From NCBI GenBank assembly GCA_013152385.1, contig JAADGL010000016.1, forward strand, positions 47,694-111,693: a DNA stretch of 64,000 nucleotides. Direction: 5' to 3'. Position 1 is the stretch's first letter. Each line of letters opens with the position of its first letter. Positions 8,467-17,852 of this stretch are shown here, piece by piece. Below the pieces are notes generated by a model. That model was given only the letters and a program-made list of their open reading frames with translations. It made no database searches and was not told the origin of the DNA. Source of the DNA: Acidobacteriota bacterium (GTDB taxonomy: Bacteria; Acidobacteriota; Holophagae; Thermotomaculales; Thermotomaculaceae). Made by a program: the position numbers and the translations under genes.

Positions 8467-10065
8467 ATGAGTAAATCACATCTGAATCAGGTGATTACTT
8501 CCCATCTGGTGGAGTTTCAGGCTGACAGGTTTCCCGATCGGGAAATTCTTGTGTTTGAGCGGGGCGGTTCGGGGGAAGATGTTCTGACCTATTCCGATTT
8601 GCATGCGGCGGGGAACAGGCTTGCCGCCTACCTTCTCAGTAAGGGGGTGCAAAAGGGGGATGTGATTGCAATCTTCATGTATAACCGCCCGGAAGTCGTA
8701 TCGTTATTTGTGGCAGCTTCAACCATCGGCGCGGTTGCCGTTCCCATTGACCCCCGTTCCAGGGGGAAGCGGTTGAAATATTATCTGGCCCACACGAAAG
8801 CCAAAGGGATTTTTGTGGCCGGTGAAACCCTTGAAGCCTGCCGGGAAGTGAAAGACGAAGTTGATTCTCTGGAATTTGCCGCAGTGGCGTATCAGAGGGA
8901 TTATCCTGTTGAGGAGGACGTGGATTTCGAATCTGTGAGCGAAGTGCTTGAAAAGGAATGGAATACTGTTGAACAGCGTGTGTTTGATGTGGGCCATCCG
9001 GCACAGATTCTTTTTACCTCCGGCACCACGGGAAATCCGAAAGGTGTGGTGATATCACACCAGAGAATCGGGTTATACAATCTTCTGCGACAGCTTGCCT
9101 GGAAGTATAAAAAAGATGATGTCCTGTACACCGGCCTTTCCCTTTCCCATGCCAACGCACAGGCCGTGACCCTGTTTCCCGCACTTTATGGGGGGATCCG
9201 GGCGGTGTTCAGCCCGAAGTTTACAAAGTCGAGAATCTGGGAAATCTGCCGGAAATACGGCTGTACGACCTTTTCCCTTCTGGGCGGAATGGCGGCTGGA
9301 ATTTTCAATGAACCCGAAAGGGAGAATGATGCGGACAATCCGGTACGAAGGGTGGTAAGCGCGGGGATGCCGAAGGCAATCTGGAAAGCTTTTGAGGAGC
9401 GGTTCGGGGTGTTGGTCCACGAATGGTACGGTGCCGCCGAAGGGGGATTTGCGCACAATCCTCCCGGAAAAGGCCCGGTGGGCAGTTTCGGGAAACCGTT
9501 GCCGGGAGTGATGGAATTTGCGGTTATTGATGAAGCGGAAAACCGCCTTGGCCCCGATCAGACCGGCGAACTGATTATCCGGAATCTTCGGGGAGAAACG
9601 AAGGTGAATTATTACAACAATCCGGAAGCTTCCAGAGAGAAGGTCAGAAACGGATGGATGTTTACCGGCGATATGGTTCACCGCGATAAAAACGGCTGGT
9701 TCTTTTTTGATTTCAGAAAGGGAACGGAGTTGAGAAGGGCGGGGGATTTTATTCAGCCTGAATACCTTGAAGCGGTTATTGGAAAGCATAAGGCAGTTTC
9801 CGAGGTGTGTGTGATTGGGATTCCGGCTGAGAGCGGGGCTCCGGGGGAACACGATATTGTGGCGGTAATCCGGCCCTTTGACAGCGCTGCCCTTGATGTA
9901 AAAGAGCTGTTTGGTTTTTGCCAAAACAGCCTTGAAGCAAATTCCGTACCTCTTTACCTCTGGATTCTGGATGAAATTCCGAAAACACCGTCTGAAAAGT
10001 TTTTGAAACGGGTTCTGGTTGAAAAGTTCAGTCCGGATTTGAATGATGTGTACCGGAATAAATAG
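8467..10065 (+). CDS. AMP-forming acyl-CoA synthetase, FATP/very-long-chain-like subgroup
   Basis: AMP-binding motif ILFTSGTTGNPKGVV. The C-terminal FTGDMVHRDKNGWFFFDFRKGTELRRAGDFIQP resembles the FATP-type DRxGDTFRWKGENV region. Confidence 0.8.
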   Translation: MSKSHLNQVITSHLVEFQADRFPDREILVFERGGSGEDVLTYSDLHAAGNRLAAYLLSKGVQKGDVIAIFMYNRPEVVSLFVAASTIGAVAVPIDPRSRGKRLKYYLAHTKAKGIFVAGETLEACREVKDEVDSLEFAAVAYQRDYPVEEDVDFESVSEVLEKEWNTVEQRVFDVGHPAQILFTSGTTGNPKGVVISHQRIGLYNLLRQLAWKYKKDDVLYTGLSLSHANAQAVTLFPALYGGIRAVFSPKFTKSRIWEICRKYGCTTFSLLGGMAAGIFNEPERENDADNPVRRVVSAGMPKAIWKAFEERFGVLVHEWYGAAEGGFAHNPPGKGPVGSFGKPLPGVMEFAVIDEAENRLGPDQTGELIIRNLRGETKVNYYNNPEASREKVRNGWMFTGDMVHRDKNGWFFFDFRKGTELRRAGDFIQPEYLEAVIGKHKAVSEVCVIGIPAESGAPGEHDIVAVIRPFDSAALDVKELFGFCQNSLEANSVPLYLWILDEIPKTPSEKFLKRVLVEKFSPDLNDVYRNK

Positions 10066-10074
10066 GAGGTTTCT

Positions 10075-11310
10075 GTGTCGTATACCGATTTAAATATTGA
10101 ATTGACCCAAGAGCAGGAAGTGTTAAAAAAGGAGATACACAAGTTTGCACTTGAAGTTCTGCGGCCCGCCGCGGCGGAACTTGACAGAAAATCTCCCGCA
10201 GAAGTTATTGCGCCCGGTTCTGTTTACTGGGATGTGATGAAAAAGATGTATCAATTGGGATATCACACGGTTCATACCCCGGATGAGTACGGTGGACTTG
10301 GCCTTGATCCGGTGTCCCAGCATATTTTCTGGGAAGAACTGGGGTATGGAAGTGTCGGATTCGCGGTTTCTCTCGGGGTCAGCCTGTTTCCTTCGTTTAT
10401 GGCGTCCATGCTGGCGGATGATTTTATTATCGAAGAGGTAATTAAACCGTTTGCGGAATGCGCCGACGCCACCCGGATAGGATGCTGGGCCATTACAGAG
10501 CCGAATCACGGAAGCGATACCCTGGTTTCGGGGACGGATATTTTCAGGAATCCGGATGTGGTCCAGGATGTAAAGGCATACAAAAAAGGGGACAAATGGA
10601 TTTTGAACGGTCAGAAGTCCGCGTGGGTTTCCAATGGCCCGGTGGCGACCCAGGCACTTCTCTTTGTCAATATTGACAAAACAATGGGAATGGCCGGCGG
10701 CGGTATCTGTATCTGTGATTTGACACAGAAAGGTGTTCAGAAGGGGAAACCCCTTGATAAGCTGGGCCAGCGGGAGCTGCCTCAGGGGGAGATATATTTT
10801 TCAGACGCGGAAGTGCCGGAAGAATTGATGATTGTGGACCCGGAAAGTTACGAAGTGATGACCGAGATTGTCATTGCCGAAGCCAATATGCATATGGGGG
10901 CATTTTTTACCGGCCTGGCGCAGTCCGCCTATGACCTCGCGCTGGCATATTGCGTTGAGAGAAAGCAGGGCGGCCGTTATCTTGTCGAACATCAGGACGT
11001 GAAGAGCAAGCTTTTTAATATGTTCACGAAGGTGGAAACGGCGCGCTCCTATTCCCGGGCGGTGATGAACTTCAATTTGAATATTGCGCCGCCGGTAGCC
11101 AAATACAGCCTTTCTTCAAAGGTTTACTGTACGCAGGCGGCTTTTGAGGTATGCAATACCGCTTTGCAGCTGTTCGGCGGTTACGGCCTCAGCAGAGAAT
11201 ATGAGATTGAGAAACTGTTCAGGGACGCAAGGGCGGGACTGATTGAAGATGGTTCCAACGATGTTCTTGCGATCAGCGGCGGGAATATGATTGTAAAGGA
11301 GATTTTTTGA
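10075..11310 (+). CDS. acyl-CoA dehydrogenase
   Basis: Length and motifs (CWAITEPNHGSD, WVSNG, C-terminal QLFGGYGLSREYEIEKLFRDAR) are typical of ACAD. GTG start after AGGAGG. Confidence 0.85.
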   Translation: MSYTDLNIELTQEQEVLKKEIHKFALEVLRPAAAELDRKSPAEVIAPGSVYWDVMKKMYQLGYHTVHTPDEYGGLGLDPVSQHIFWEELGYGSVGFAVSLGVSLFPSFMASMLADDFIIEEVIKPFAECADATRIGCWAITEPNHGSDTLVSGTDIFRNPDVVQDVKAYKKGDKWILNGQKSAWVSNGPVATQALLFVNIDKTMGMAGGGICICDLTQKGVQKGKPLDKLGQRELPQGEIYFSDAEVPEELMIVDPESYEVMTEIVIAEANMHMGAFFTGLAQSAYDLALAYCVERKQGGRYLVEHQDVKSKLFNMFTKVETARSYSRAVMNFNLNIAPPVAKYSLSSKVYCTQAAFEVCNTALQLFGGYGLSREYEIEKLFRDARAGLIEDGSNDVLAISGGNMIVKEIF

Positions 11311-11311
11311 T

Positions 11312-12550
11312 ATGGAAGCGTATATTGCAGGCTCCGGAATGATAAAGTTCGGCAAATATCCGGATAAAACCGTCAGAACGATGGCAATTGATGCTATTGA
11401 ATCTGCGTTGAAAGACGGGGAGATTGAGAAGAAGCAAATCGAATACGCGTTTTTTTCCAACACTTTCTGGGGGATGTTTTCCAGACAGGATTCAATCAAA
11501 GGGGAAGTGGTTCTGCGTTCCATGGGGATGGATTCCATTCCTGTTGTCAATATCGAAAACGCCTGCGCAGGGGGAGCCTCCGCTTTGCATATGGCGTATC
11601 TTGCCGTGTTGAGCGGGCAGTGTGAGCTTGCCCTTGCCGTCGGTTCCGAGAAAATCAGCTCGGAAGACAAGGTCAAGTCCCTGACAGCCTATGCCTCGTG
11701 CATGGATATGGAGAATTTCAAGCGGCATCTAAGCGATGTTCTGATGTTGCAGCAATCTTTCCGGAACCTTGTTATTCCTGAAGAATTTCGGAAGCCGGGT
11801 GAAGGGCGCTCGGTTTTTATGGATGTGTATGCTGTGGGTGCCAGATGGCATATGGACAGATACGGTTCAACCCAGCGGCAGCTTGCCGTTGTCGCGGCAA
11901 AGAATCACTGGCATTCCTCAATGAATCCGCTGGCCCAGTATCAAATTCCAATGACTCCTGAAATGGTGTTGAATGACAGCCCGGTTGTCTGGCCGCTGAC
12001 CCGGTCCATGTGCGCCCCGGTGGGGGACGGTGCGGCTGCCTGTATTGTTGTGTCTGACCGGTTTTTGAAAAAACACGGGAAAGAGCGGGCGGTTAAAATC
12101 CGGGCCAGTGTCCTGGGTACGGGAAGAGACAGGGGTATTGACGACGAAGACCTGGGCAGTAGGCTGGGACGCCTCGCATATGAGAAGGCATCTGTTCAGC
12201 CGGCGGATATCGATGTGGCGGAACTGCACGACGCCACCGCATACGGAGAGCTTCATCAATGCGAAAATCTCGGGTTCTGCGGGGAAGGAGAGGGTGGACT
12301 CATTGCCGAACGGGGAGAAACAAAACTCGGCGGCAGAATTCCGGTCAATACCAGCGGCGGCCTTGAATCCAGAGGGCATCCCATTGGCGCATCAGGGCTT
12401 GCGCAGATTCATGAGTTGATGCTGCAATTGAGAGGAGAAGCTGGCGCGAGGCAGGTAAAAGGCGCGCGGCTGGCCCTTGCCCAGAACGGCGGTGGCAATA
12501 TCGGGCTGGAAGAGGCGGTGATGGGAATTACCGTTTTAGAGCGGGGATGA
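11312..12550 (+). CDS. thiolase-fold protein, SCPx / lipid-transfer-type thiolase
   Basis: Active-site Cys context VNIENACAGGASAL and C-terminal NTSGGLESRGHPIGASG. The overall layout matches SCP-x type thiolases rather than AtoB/FadA. Confidence 0.75.
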   Translation: MEAYIAGSGMIKFGKYPDKTVRTMAIDAIESALKDGEIEKKQIEYAFFSNTFWGMFSRQDSIKGEVVLRSMGMDSIPVVNIENACAGGASALHMAYLAVLSGQCELALAVGSEKISSEDKVKSLTAYASCMDMENFKRHLSDVLMLQQSFRNLVIPEEFRKPGEGRSVFMDVYAVGARWHMDRYGSTQRQLAVVAAKNHWHSSMNPLAQYQIPMTPEMVLNDSPVVWPLTRSMCAPVGDGAAACIVVSDRFLKKHGKERAVKIRASVLGTGRDRGIDDEDLGSRLGRLAYEKASVQPADIDVAELHDATAYGELHQCENLGFCGEGEGGLIAERGETKLGGRIPVNTSGGLESRGHPIGASGLAQIHELMLQLRGEAGARQVKGARLALAQNGGGNIGLEEAVMGITVLERG

Positions 12551-12551
12551 C

Positions 12552-13295
12552 GTGAAAACCATACTGATTACCGGTGTTTTATCGGGAATCGGGAAAGAAA
12601 GTGCCGAACTTTTTCTGAAAAACGGATGGGCTGTTGCCGGTTTGGACTTGCTTCCCGCCCCTTCTGTTTCAAAAGAAAATTTCCGTTATTTCCAATGCGA
12701 TGTTTCGGATTTGAACCGGGTAAACGATATTGCCGGTAGTTTAAGGGAGGAGGGAATCCGGCTGGACGCGCTGTTCAATTGTGCCGGTATTTTGAAGATG
12801 GGGACATTTGAGACCATCCCTATTGAGATGCAGCTCAGGGAGGTTGATGTAAATTTCAAAGGGGTTCTCAATTGTATCCACTGTTTTAAACCGCTGTTGA
12901 ATGAGGGGGCCGGTATTGTGAACATGGCATCTCTTTCCGCAATTTACGGGACACCTGAACTTGCCGTGTATTCCGCCACAAAGAGTGCGGTTCAGTCCAT
13001 TACCGAATCACTGAACATCGAATTCAGGAAGGAATCCATCCGTGTTTCCGATATTATTGTCGGTTATGTCCGGACACCGATGATTCTTGACAGCAAAAAT
13101 ATTGCCACAAGCGTGAAGAAACTGGGAGTGCCGGTTACACCGGGCAAGGTTGCGGCAGCTGTTTACAATGCGGTGTTAAAGGGAAAACAGGTTCATTATT
13201 ATGTGGGGGCGCAAACCAGAATCCTTGTGTTTCTGGCCGGGGTTTTCCCTTTTGCTTCGAAATGGATGGCCGGGTTTTTAGCGAGCGGGGACTGA
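12552..13295 (+). CDS. short-chain dehydrogenase/reductase (SDR)
   Basis: TGVLSGIGKE cofactor motif and YSATKSAV catalytic motif. GTG start 1 nt after the thiolase stop. Confidence 0.85.
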   Translation: MKTILITGVLSGIGKESAELFLKNGWAVAGLDLLPAPSVSKENFRYFQCDVSDLNRVNDIAGSLREEGIRLDALFNCAGILKMGTFETIPIEMQLREVDVNFKGVLNCIHCFKPLLNEGAGIVNMASLSAIYGTPELAVYSATKSAVQSITESLNIEFRKESIRVSDIIVGYVRTPMILDSKNIATSVKKLGVPVTPGKVAAAVYNAVLKGKQVHYYVGAQTRILVFLAGVFPFASKWMAGFLASGD

Positions 13296-13323
13296 TTTTG
13301 TTTTTTTCCGTTTGTTTTCCAGT

Positions 13324-13875
13324 TTATCCGGGGATGGCCGCACTTTCTGTGAGGCGGACACCGGCTGCGGCCATTTCTGCCAGGGCTTTTTCACCGTCAT
13401 CCGGGTGGATGTTAACAGCCCGGATACAATCGGTGAGCACGACGGCATGAAAACCGTGTTTCAGCGCGTCCAGCGCAGTGGCTTTGACGCAGTAGTCGGT
13501 GGCCAGGCCGCAGATGACCAGTGTTTTCACACCCCGCTTTCGGAGTGTGGCGGCAAGGTCAATATTTGCGGCTTCAAAGCCGCTGTACCCGTCATCGGCA
13601 TCGGAGGTTCCTTTTTCGGCAAAGAGAGTGATTTTTGAAACATCCAGTTGCGGGTGAAACTCTGCCCCTCTGGTTCCGGCAACGCAGTGGGGCGGCCATT
13701 TTGAGAAATGAACAGTCTTTTCCGGGTGCATATCCCGTGTGGCAATGATGAACTTGAATTTTTTCATTATTCCGTTGATCCTGGGAATAATACTGTCACC
13801 TTCCGGTACCGCCAACGCCCCTCCGGGGCAGAAGTCATTTTGAACATCTACAATTAATAGGCAATTTTCAGCCAT
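13324..13875 (-). CDS. pncA: nicotinamidase / pyrazinamidase (isochorismatase family)
   Basis: LLIVDVQNDFCPGGALAV N-terminus and CGLATDYCV catalytic Cys motif. Overlaps the pncB stop by 8 nt. Confidence 0.8.
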   Translation of the reverse strand: MAENCLLIVDVQNDFCPGGALAVPEGDSIIPRINGIMKKFKFIIATRDMHPEKTVHFSKWPPHCVAGTRGAEFHPQLDVSKITLFAEKGTSDADDGYSGFEAANIDLAATLRKRGVKTLVICGLATDYCVKATALDALKHGFHAVVLTDCIRAVNIHPDDGEKALAEMAAAGVRLTESAAIPG

Positions 13876-15289
13876 GGTAATGTCCTTTTTCGATTAAGTC
13901 GCGCCGCAGTTCGTAGAGGCGGTTGCTGAGCCCGACCCGGTAAATGTGGGGGTTTACAAAGCGTTTATGGCCGTCCGGAAGCAGGGAAAAGCGTTTCCCA
14001 GCGAATTGACGGATCTCATTCAGGGATGGAAACCGGCTTATTGATTTACCATTTTCCACCAGGGGGAAAAATACCGGATCGGGTTTTAAGGTTTCCCGGT
14101 CAATTCTCATTTTCTTGAATTCGGTGGAAGGATGCCGGAGAATTTGAATTTTGTCTTCTGCTTCATCGGCCAGCATGATGCCGTCAATGGCGAACAGTCC
14201 GTCCCCATTTGTATATCTGATAACCTTCTTTTTGCCCGGGAAATTGATTTTTTCCTCATTTTCCGACAGCTTTAATGTGGGCTTTCCATTTACGAAGCAT
14301 AATTTGTAGATGCCGTCCAGCGCGGACTGTTCCCCTCCGGTAACCAGCCTCGTTCCGACTCCGAAGATATCAATGGGGGCGCCCTGTTCCAGCAGGCTGG
14401 CAATGAGTCGTTCGTCCAACTGGTTGGAAGCTACAATTTTTACCGATGTCAGCCCGGCCTTATCCAGAAGTTTTCTCGCTTTTTTACTGAAATAGGCCAG
14501 ATCACCGGAATCCAGACGGATTGCCTGAAGTTTATGGCCGTTTGCTGCCAGTTCTTTTGCCACTTGAATGGCATGGGGAATTCCGGATTTCAATGTATTG
14601 TAGGTGTCCACAAGCAGGGTTGTATGGTCCGGGTACTGTGCCGCGTATTTTCGGAAAGCGTCCAATTCCGTGTCAAAGCTTTGAATCCAGCTGTGGGCGT
14701 GTGTTCCCACGGTGGGGATGTTGTAGCGTTTCGCGGCAAAGGTGTTGGATGTGCCGACGGCACCGCCGATGTAGGCGGCTCTGGCAGCGGCAATGGCACC
14801 CATGCCTTGGGCCCGGCGCAGGCCGAAGTCAATGATATCCCGGCCTTTTGCGGCGAAAACCGCCCGCATGGCTTTGGTGGCAATCAGGGTCTGGTAGTTG
14901 ATAATATTCAGCAGCATGGATTCGATAAGCTGGGCTTCCAGAAGATTGCTCTCCACCCGCAGTAATGGGTCATTGGCAAAAACAATATCCCCTTCCCTGA
15001 ATCCATAGATGCTGCCGGAAAAGCGGAAAGATGCGAGGTAATCCAGAAATTCTTTTCTGAATCCGATGGATGCGAGGTAATCCAGATCATTTTCCTGAAA
15101 GGAAAATTGCAGTACTCCGTTTATCGCGTCTTCCAGTCCGGCAAATACGCCGTAGCCGCCCTTAAACGGGTTGCTTCTGAAGTAAAGGTCAAAAATGGCG
15201 GAGGTATCTTTTTTTTCAGAGTAGAAAAAGGCCTGCGCCATGGTTAGTTCATAAAAATCCGTATATAACCCCGAATAATAATGTTCCAT
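13868..15289 (-). CDS. pncB: nicotinate phosphoribosyltransferase
   Basis: YTDFYELTMAQAFF N-terminus, GTHAHSWIQ motif, about 470 aa. Confidence 0.85.
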   Translation of the reverse strand: MEHYYSGLYTDFYELTMAQAFFYSEKKDTSAIFDLYFRSNPFKGGYGVFAGLEDAINGVLQFSFQENDLDYLASIGFRKEFLDYLASFRFSGSIYGFREGDIVFANDPLLRVESNLLEAQLIESMLLNIINYQTLIATKAMRAVFAAKGRDIIDFGLRRAQGMGAIAAARAAYIGGAVGTSNTFAAKRYNIPTVGTHAHSWIQSFDTELDAFRKYAAQYPDHTTLLVDTYNTLKSGIPHAIQVAKELAANGHKLQAIRLDSGDLAYFSKKARKLLDKAGLTSVKIVASNQLDERLIASLLEQGAPIDIFGVGTRLVTGGEQSALDGIYKLCFVNGKPTLKLSENEEKINFPGKKKVIRYTNGDGLFAIDGIMLADEAEDKIQILRHPSTEFKKMRIDRETLKPDPVFFPLVENGKSISRFPSLNEIRQFAGKRFSLLPDGHKRFVNPHIYRVGLSNRLYELRRDLIEKGHYHG

Positions 15290-15341
15290 AATTTTCTGCC
15301 TTTATTTGACTTCTGTGAGCAGGGAAGTATCAGTGAAGTTT

Positions 15342-15650
15342 TTACAATTCTTCAGGAAAATCAGAATTGAATGCAACGTGGACATTGTAGAGGCCGTTGA
15401 CCCGCCTGCATCCTACCGCTTTTCCTGAAACGGAAATCACGTCATCGCCCATTCCCAGAAAAAAAGTAAACTGGTGACGGGTCTCAAGGGGGTATGGACT
15501 TTTCATTAGCATTCCGCCCTTTGAAATGTTTCCGGTCATGCCAAAATTGATTTCTCCGTCCCCTTTGTCCACTCCCACCAGCCGGGAAATGAGTTTCCGT
15601 CGATGCCGGCGTTTTTCCTCGTCCATAATTGCCTCCTTTTCTTTTTTCAA
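15342..15650 (-). CDS. single-domain PilZ protein (putative c-di-GMP receptor)
   Basis: RRHRR (RxxxR) followed about 20 aa later by GNISKGG (NxSxxG). Confidence 0.6.
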   Translation of the reverse strand: MKKEKEAIMDEEKRRHRRKLISRLVGVDKGDGEINFGMTGNISKGGMLMKSPYPLETRHQFTFFLGMGDDVISVSGKAVGCRRVNGLYNVHVAFNSDFPEEL

Positions 15651-15675
15651 TATAGCCTATCTGCCGATAAAATGC

Positions 15676-15703
15676 AAAAAAGGAGGGGCGGTCCCACCCC
15701 CCC
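15676..15703 (-). terminator. candidate intrinsic terminator after the MFS gene
   Basis: On the minus strand, GGGGTGG / CCGCCCC forms a GC-rich hairpin with one G-U pair. It is followed by TCCTTTTTT. Confidence 0.45.
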
Positions 15704-15717
15704 TGCCATGGCAGCTT

Positions 15718-17349
15718 TTATGCGGCTTCTTTTACTTTCATTCCTTTTTGCATCCACCCTTTTGCCAGAACCAGCGCGATGGGGGAGATGATGGCGATGC
15801 AGCCGTAAAGGAACCACATCCGGCCGCTGTGGGGCAGCCCGGTTTTCGGCAGGTATTTTGCTACAAAGTAGCCGGAATAGAATCCTGTAATCATTTTGGT
15901 CAAAAACCAGGGAAACTGACCGATACCCATATAAATTCCCACTTTTCCTTCCGGTGCGATTTCCGCAATCCACTGGAGAAAGCGGGGCTGCCACATGGCT
16001 TCTCCGATGGACATGAAGAGGACATAGGTTAAAAAGAGCGGAACGTGGGGGCCGAATGCAAGCAGGAATGTGGGAATGGCCATGACAAATGTTCCGTAAA
16101 TCATCATTTTATAAACATTCGCTTTTGCCGTGAGCCCGGCAACGAGGGGTGCCAGGAAGAAAATCAGGATGGGGTTCAGGTTGGAGAAGAATTCAAAGTA
16201 CCGGCTTACCATGCTGCCTTTGAATGCCCGGTCCAGGTAGTAAGGCAGGGTCAGCCAGTTGTGGGCGAAAAGGGTCTGAACCGGAATCAGGATAAAAATG
16301 AAGAAGGTAAAGCGCAAATCCCGAAAGGGGTGGTCCGGCCGGTGGCGCAGGTAGTCAATGACAGCCAGTATGGCAAAAATGACAGCGGCGATGTAAACAA
16401 TGCACTCTTCCACGGGAAGCCCGTAATATCGGGTTGTGAATGAAAATAGTGCGCCTTCACTGTGAATATAGATTCCCAGCCCAAGTGCAAGGACGGAAAG
16501 AGCGGAAAAAAGCGAAAGGAGGGAGTTGTTGATGCGGACTTTCGGCGTATCTGTTTTTTCAGTTTCCGTTTCCCCGGCGGCTGCGGGGGATTTGCCGTTT
16601 TCTTTTGCCTGGTCTTCAATTTCGCCTGCAATCTGGCTCACCGCTTTTTCGTCTGTCTTTTTTGTCAGTACCACGATTGTGAAGATGAGCCCGAAGAAAG
16701 AGATGCCGGCATACACCCAGAAAACAGCTGTGAGGCCGTTGGGGGGGAATACATTTTTGAAATGATGGCGGGTCAGGGGAGAAATGAAACCGGAAAAGAA
16801 AGCCCCGAGGTTCATCAGCCCGTAAATAACCGCATATCCCATCGCCGCGGTCTGAGGGTTGGTGTAGCGTTTGACTCCGGCATAGGCTGCGGGCTGATAG
16901 AGGCCGTATGCCACTACCATGATGAATAGCCCGGTTGCCAGCACCAGGAACATGGGAGACGAAATACCGTGGCCCAGGGGCACAGTACCGGAAAAAGCGA
17001 TCATTGCCCTCCCGATGGCAAATAATACGAAAGAGAGAATCAGGGCCTTTCGTACCCCGATTTTGTCCGAAATTCCACCGAGAAACAACATGGCCAGGGT
17101 TATTCCCCCGGTTACACCGGAGTAGACCCAGCCGGAGTAAAGGTCGCTTAACTGAACGTTTTCAGAGCAGTATTTCCCTAAAATGGTGAGGATGCCGAAA
17201 TATACCAACCCTTCCAGTACATAAGGAATGTTAACGCCCCACAGGGCTTTGGGCGCTTTTACAAAAGCGACAGCGGTTTCTCCCAGCTCTTTAAATGCGT
17301 CTTTGATTACTTTCCCCAACGATACCGTTTCAGTCGTCTGATCTGCCAT
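15718..17349 (-). CDS. MFS transporter (about 12-14 TM with a long charged central loop)
   Basis: Hydrophobic repeat architecture with a central hydrophilic loop (KKTDEKAVSQIAGEIEDQAKENGKSPAAAGETETEKTD). The general MFS/POT-like pattern does not allow a specific substrate call. Confidence 0.7.
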   Translation of the reverse strand: MADQTTETVSLGKVIKDAFKELGETAVAFVKAPKALWGVNIPYVLEGLVYFGILTILGKYCSENVQLSDLYSGWVYSGVTGGITLAMLFLGGISDKIGVRKALILSFVLFAIGRAMIAFSGTVPLGHGISSPMFLVLATGLFIMVVAYGLYQPAAYAGVKRYTNPQTAAMGYAVIYGLMNLGAFFSGFISPLTRHHFKNVFPPNGLTAVFWVYAGISFFGLIFTIVVLTKKTDEKAVSQIAGEIEDQAKENGKSPAAAGETETEKTDTPKVRINNSLLSLFSALSVLALGLGIYIHSEGALFSFTTRYYGLPVEECIVYIAAVIFAILAVIDYLRHRPDHPFRDLRFTFFIFILIPVQTLFAHNWLTLPYYLDRAFKGSMVSRYFEFFSNLNPILIFFLAPLVAGLTAKANVYKMMIYGTFVMAIPTFLLAFGPHVPLFLTYVLFMSIGEAMWQPRFLQWIAEIAPEGKVGIYMGIGQFPWFLTKMITGFYSGYFVAKYLPKTGLPHSGRMWFLYGCIAIISPIALVLAKGWMQKGMKVKEAA

Positions 17350-17407
17350 AATTCCATCCTTGCTCTTGAATTTTCAACCTTCCGATATTGTACTCCAAAC
17401 CGCAGAG

Positions 17408-17468
17408 AAGTGCGAGTGTAAGTGCGGGAGAGTGAAAGTGAAAGTGCGGGTGTGAGGGAGAATGTGCG
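17408..17468. repeat. GTG-rich low-complexity tract with three exact AAGTGCG copies plus tandem AGTGAA
   Basis: AAGTGCG at 17408, 17420 and 17442. AGTGAAAGTGAAAGTG at 17431-17446. Variant AATGTGCG at 17461. Confidence 0.8.
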
Positions 17469-17483
17469 CCGCCGGCACCGTGT

Positions 17484-17852
17484 TCAGTTTTTGAAAGTAA
17501 CCCGGATGGTGCGGCGGCCGTATTTTCCGCCGGTTGTGTCTCCGCAGGTGGCGGTGCAGTCCAGTACCCAGATGGCACCGCTGTGGCTTGCCACCGTAAT
17601 GGTTGCGGTTCCGGCAGGGTCGGAGAACGTGTATGAAGTTACATCAAGAGTGCCGTCGTCGGTGATGTCGGTCAGCGCGTTGTAGATTCCGGTGTCGGCA
17701 TAGAAAAGCGCCTGGGTGGAAAGGTATTCGTTCCCTGCCTCTTCCGCCGACGAGATGGTATAGACAGTGAGAATGACACCCATCATAGCAAGGAAAATAA
17801 CAATGAAAATCGCGGCAATGAGGGAGACTCCCCGTTGGTTGTTACGGAACAT
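17484..17852 (-). CDS. pilus minor component without canonical G/F cleavage motif (PilX/MshP-like)
   Basis: N-terminus MFRNNQRGVSLIAAIFIVIFLAMMGVIL (QRG-x-x-L hydrophobic helix). It is the last gene of a four-gene pilin-like operon. Confidence 0.5.
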   Translation of the reverse strand: MFRNNQRGVSLIAAIFIVIFLAMMGVILTVYTISSAEEAGNEYLSTQALFYADTGIYNALTDITDDGTLDVTSYTFSDPAGTATITVASHSGAIWVLDCTATCGDTTGGKYGRRTIRVTFKN

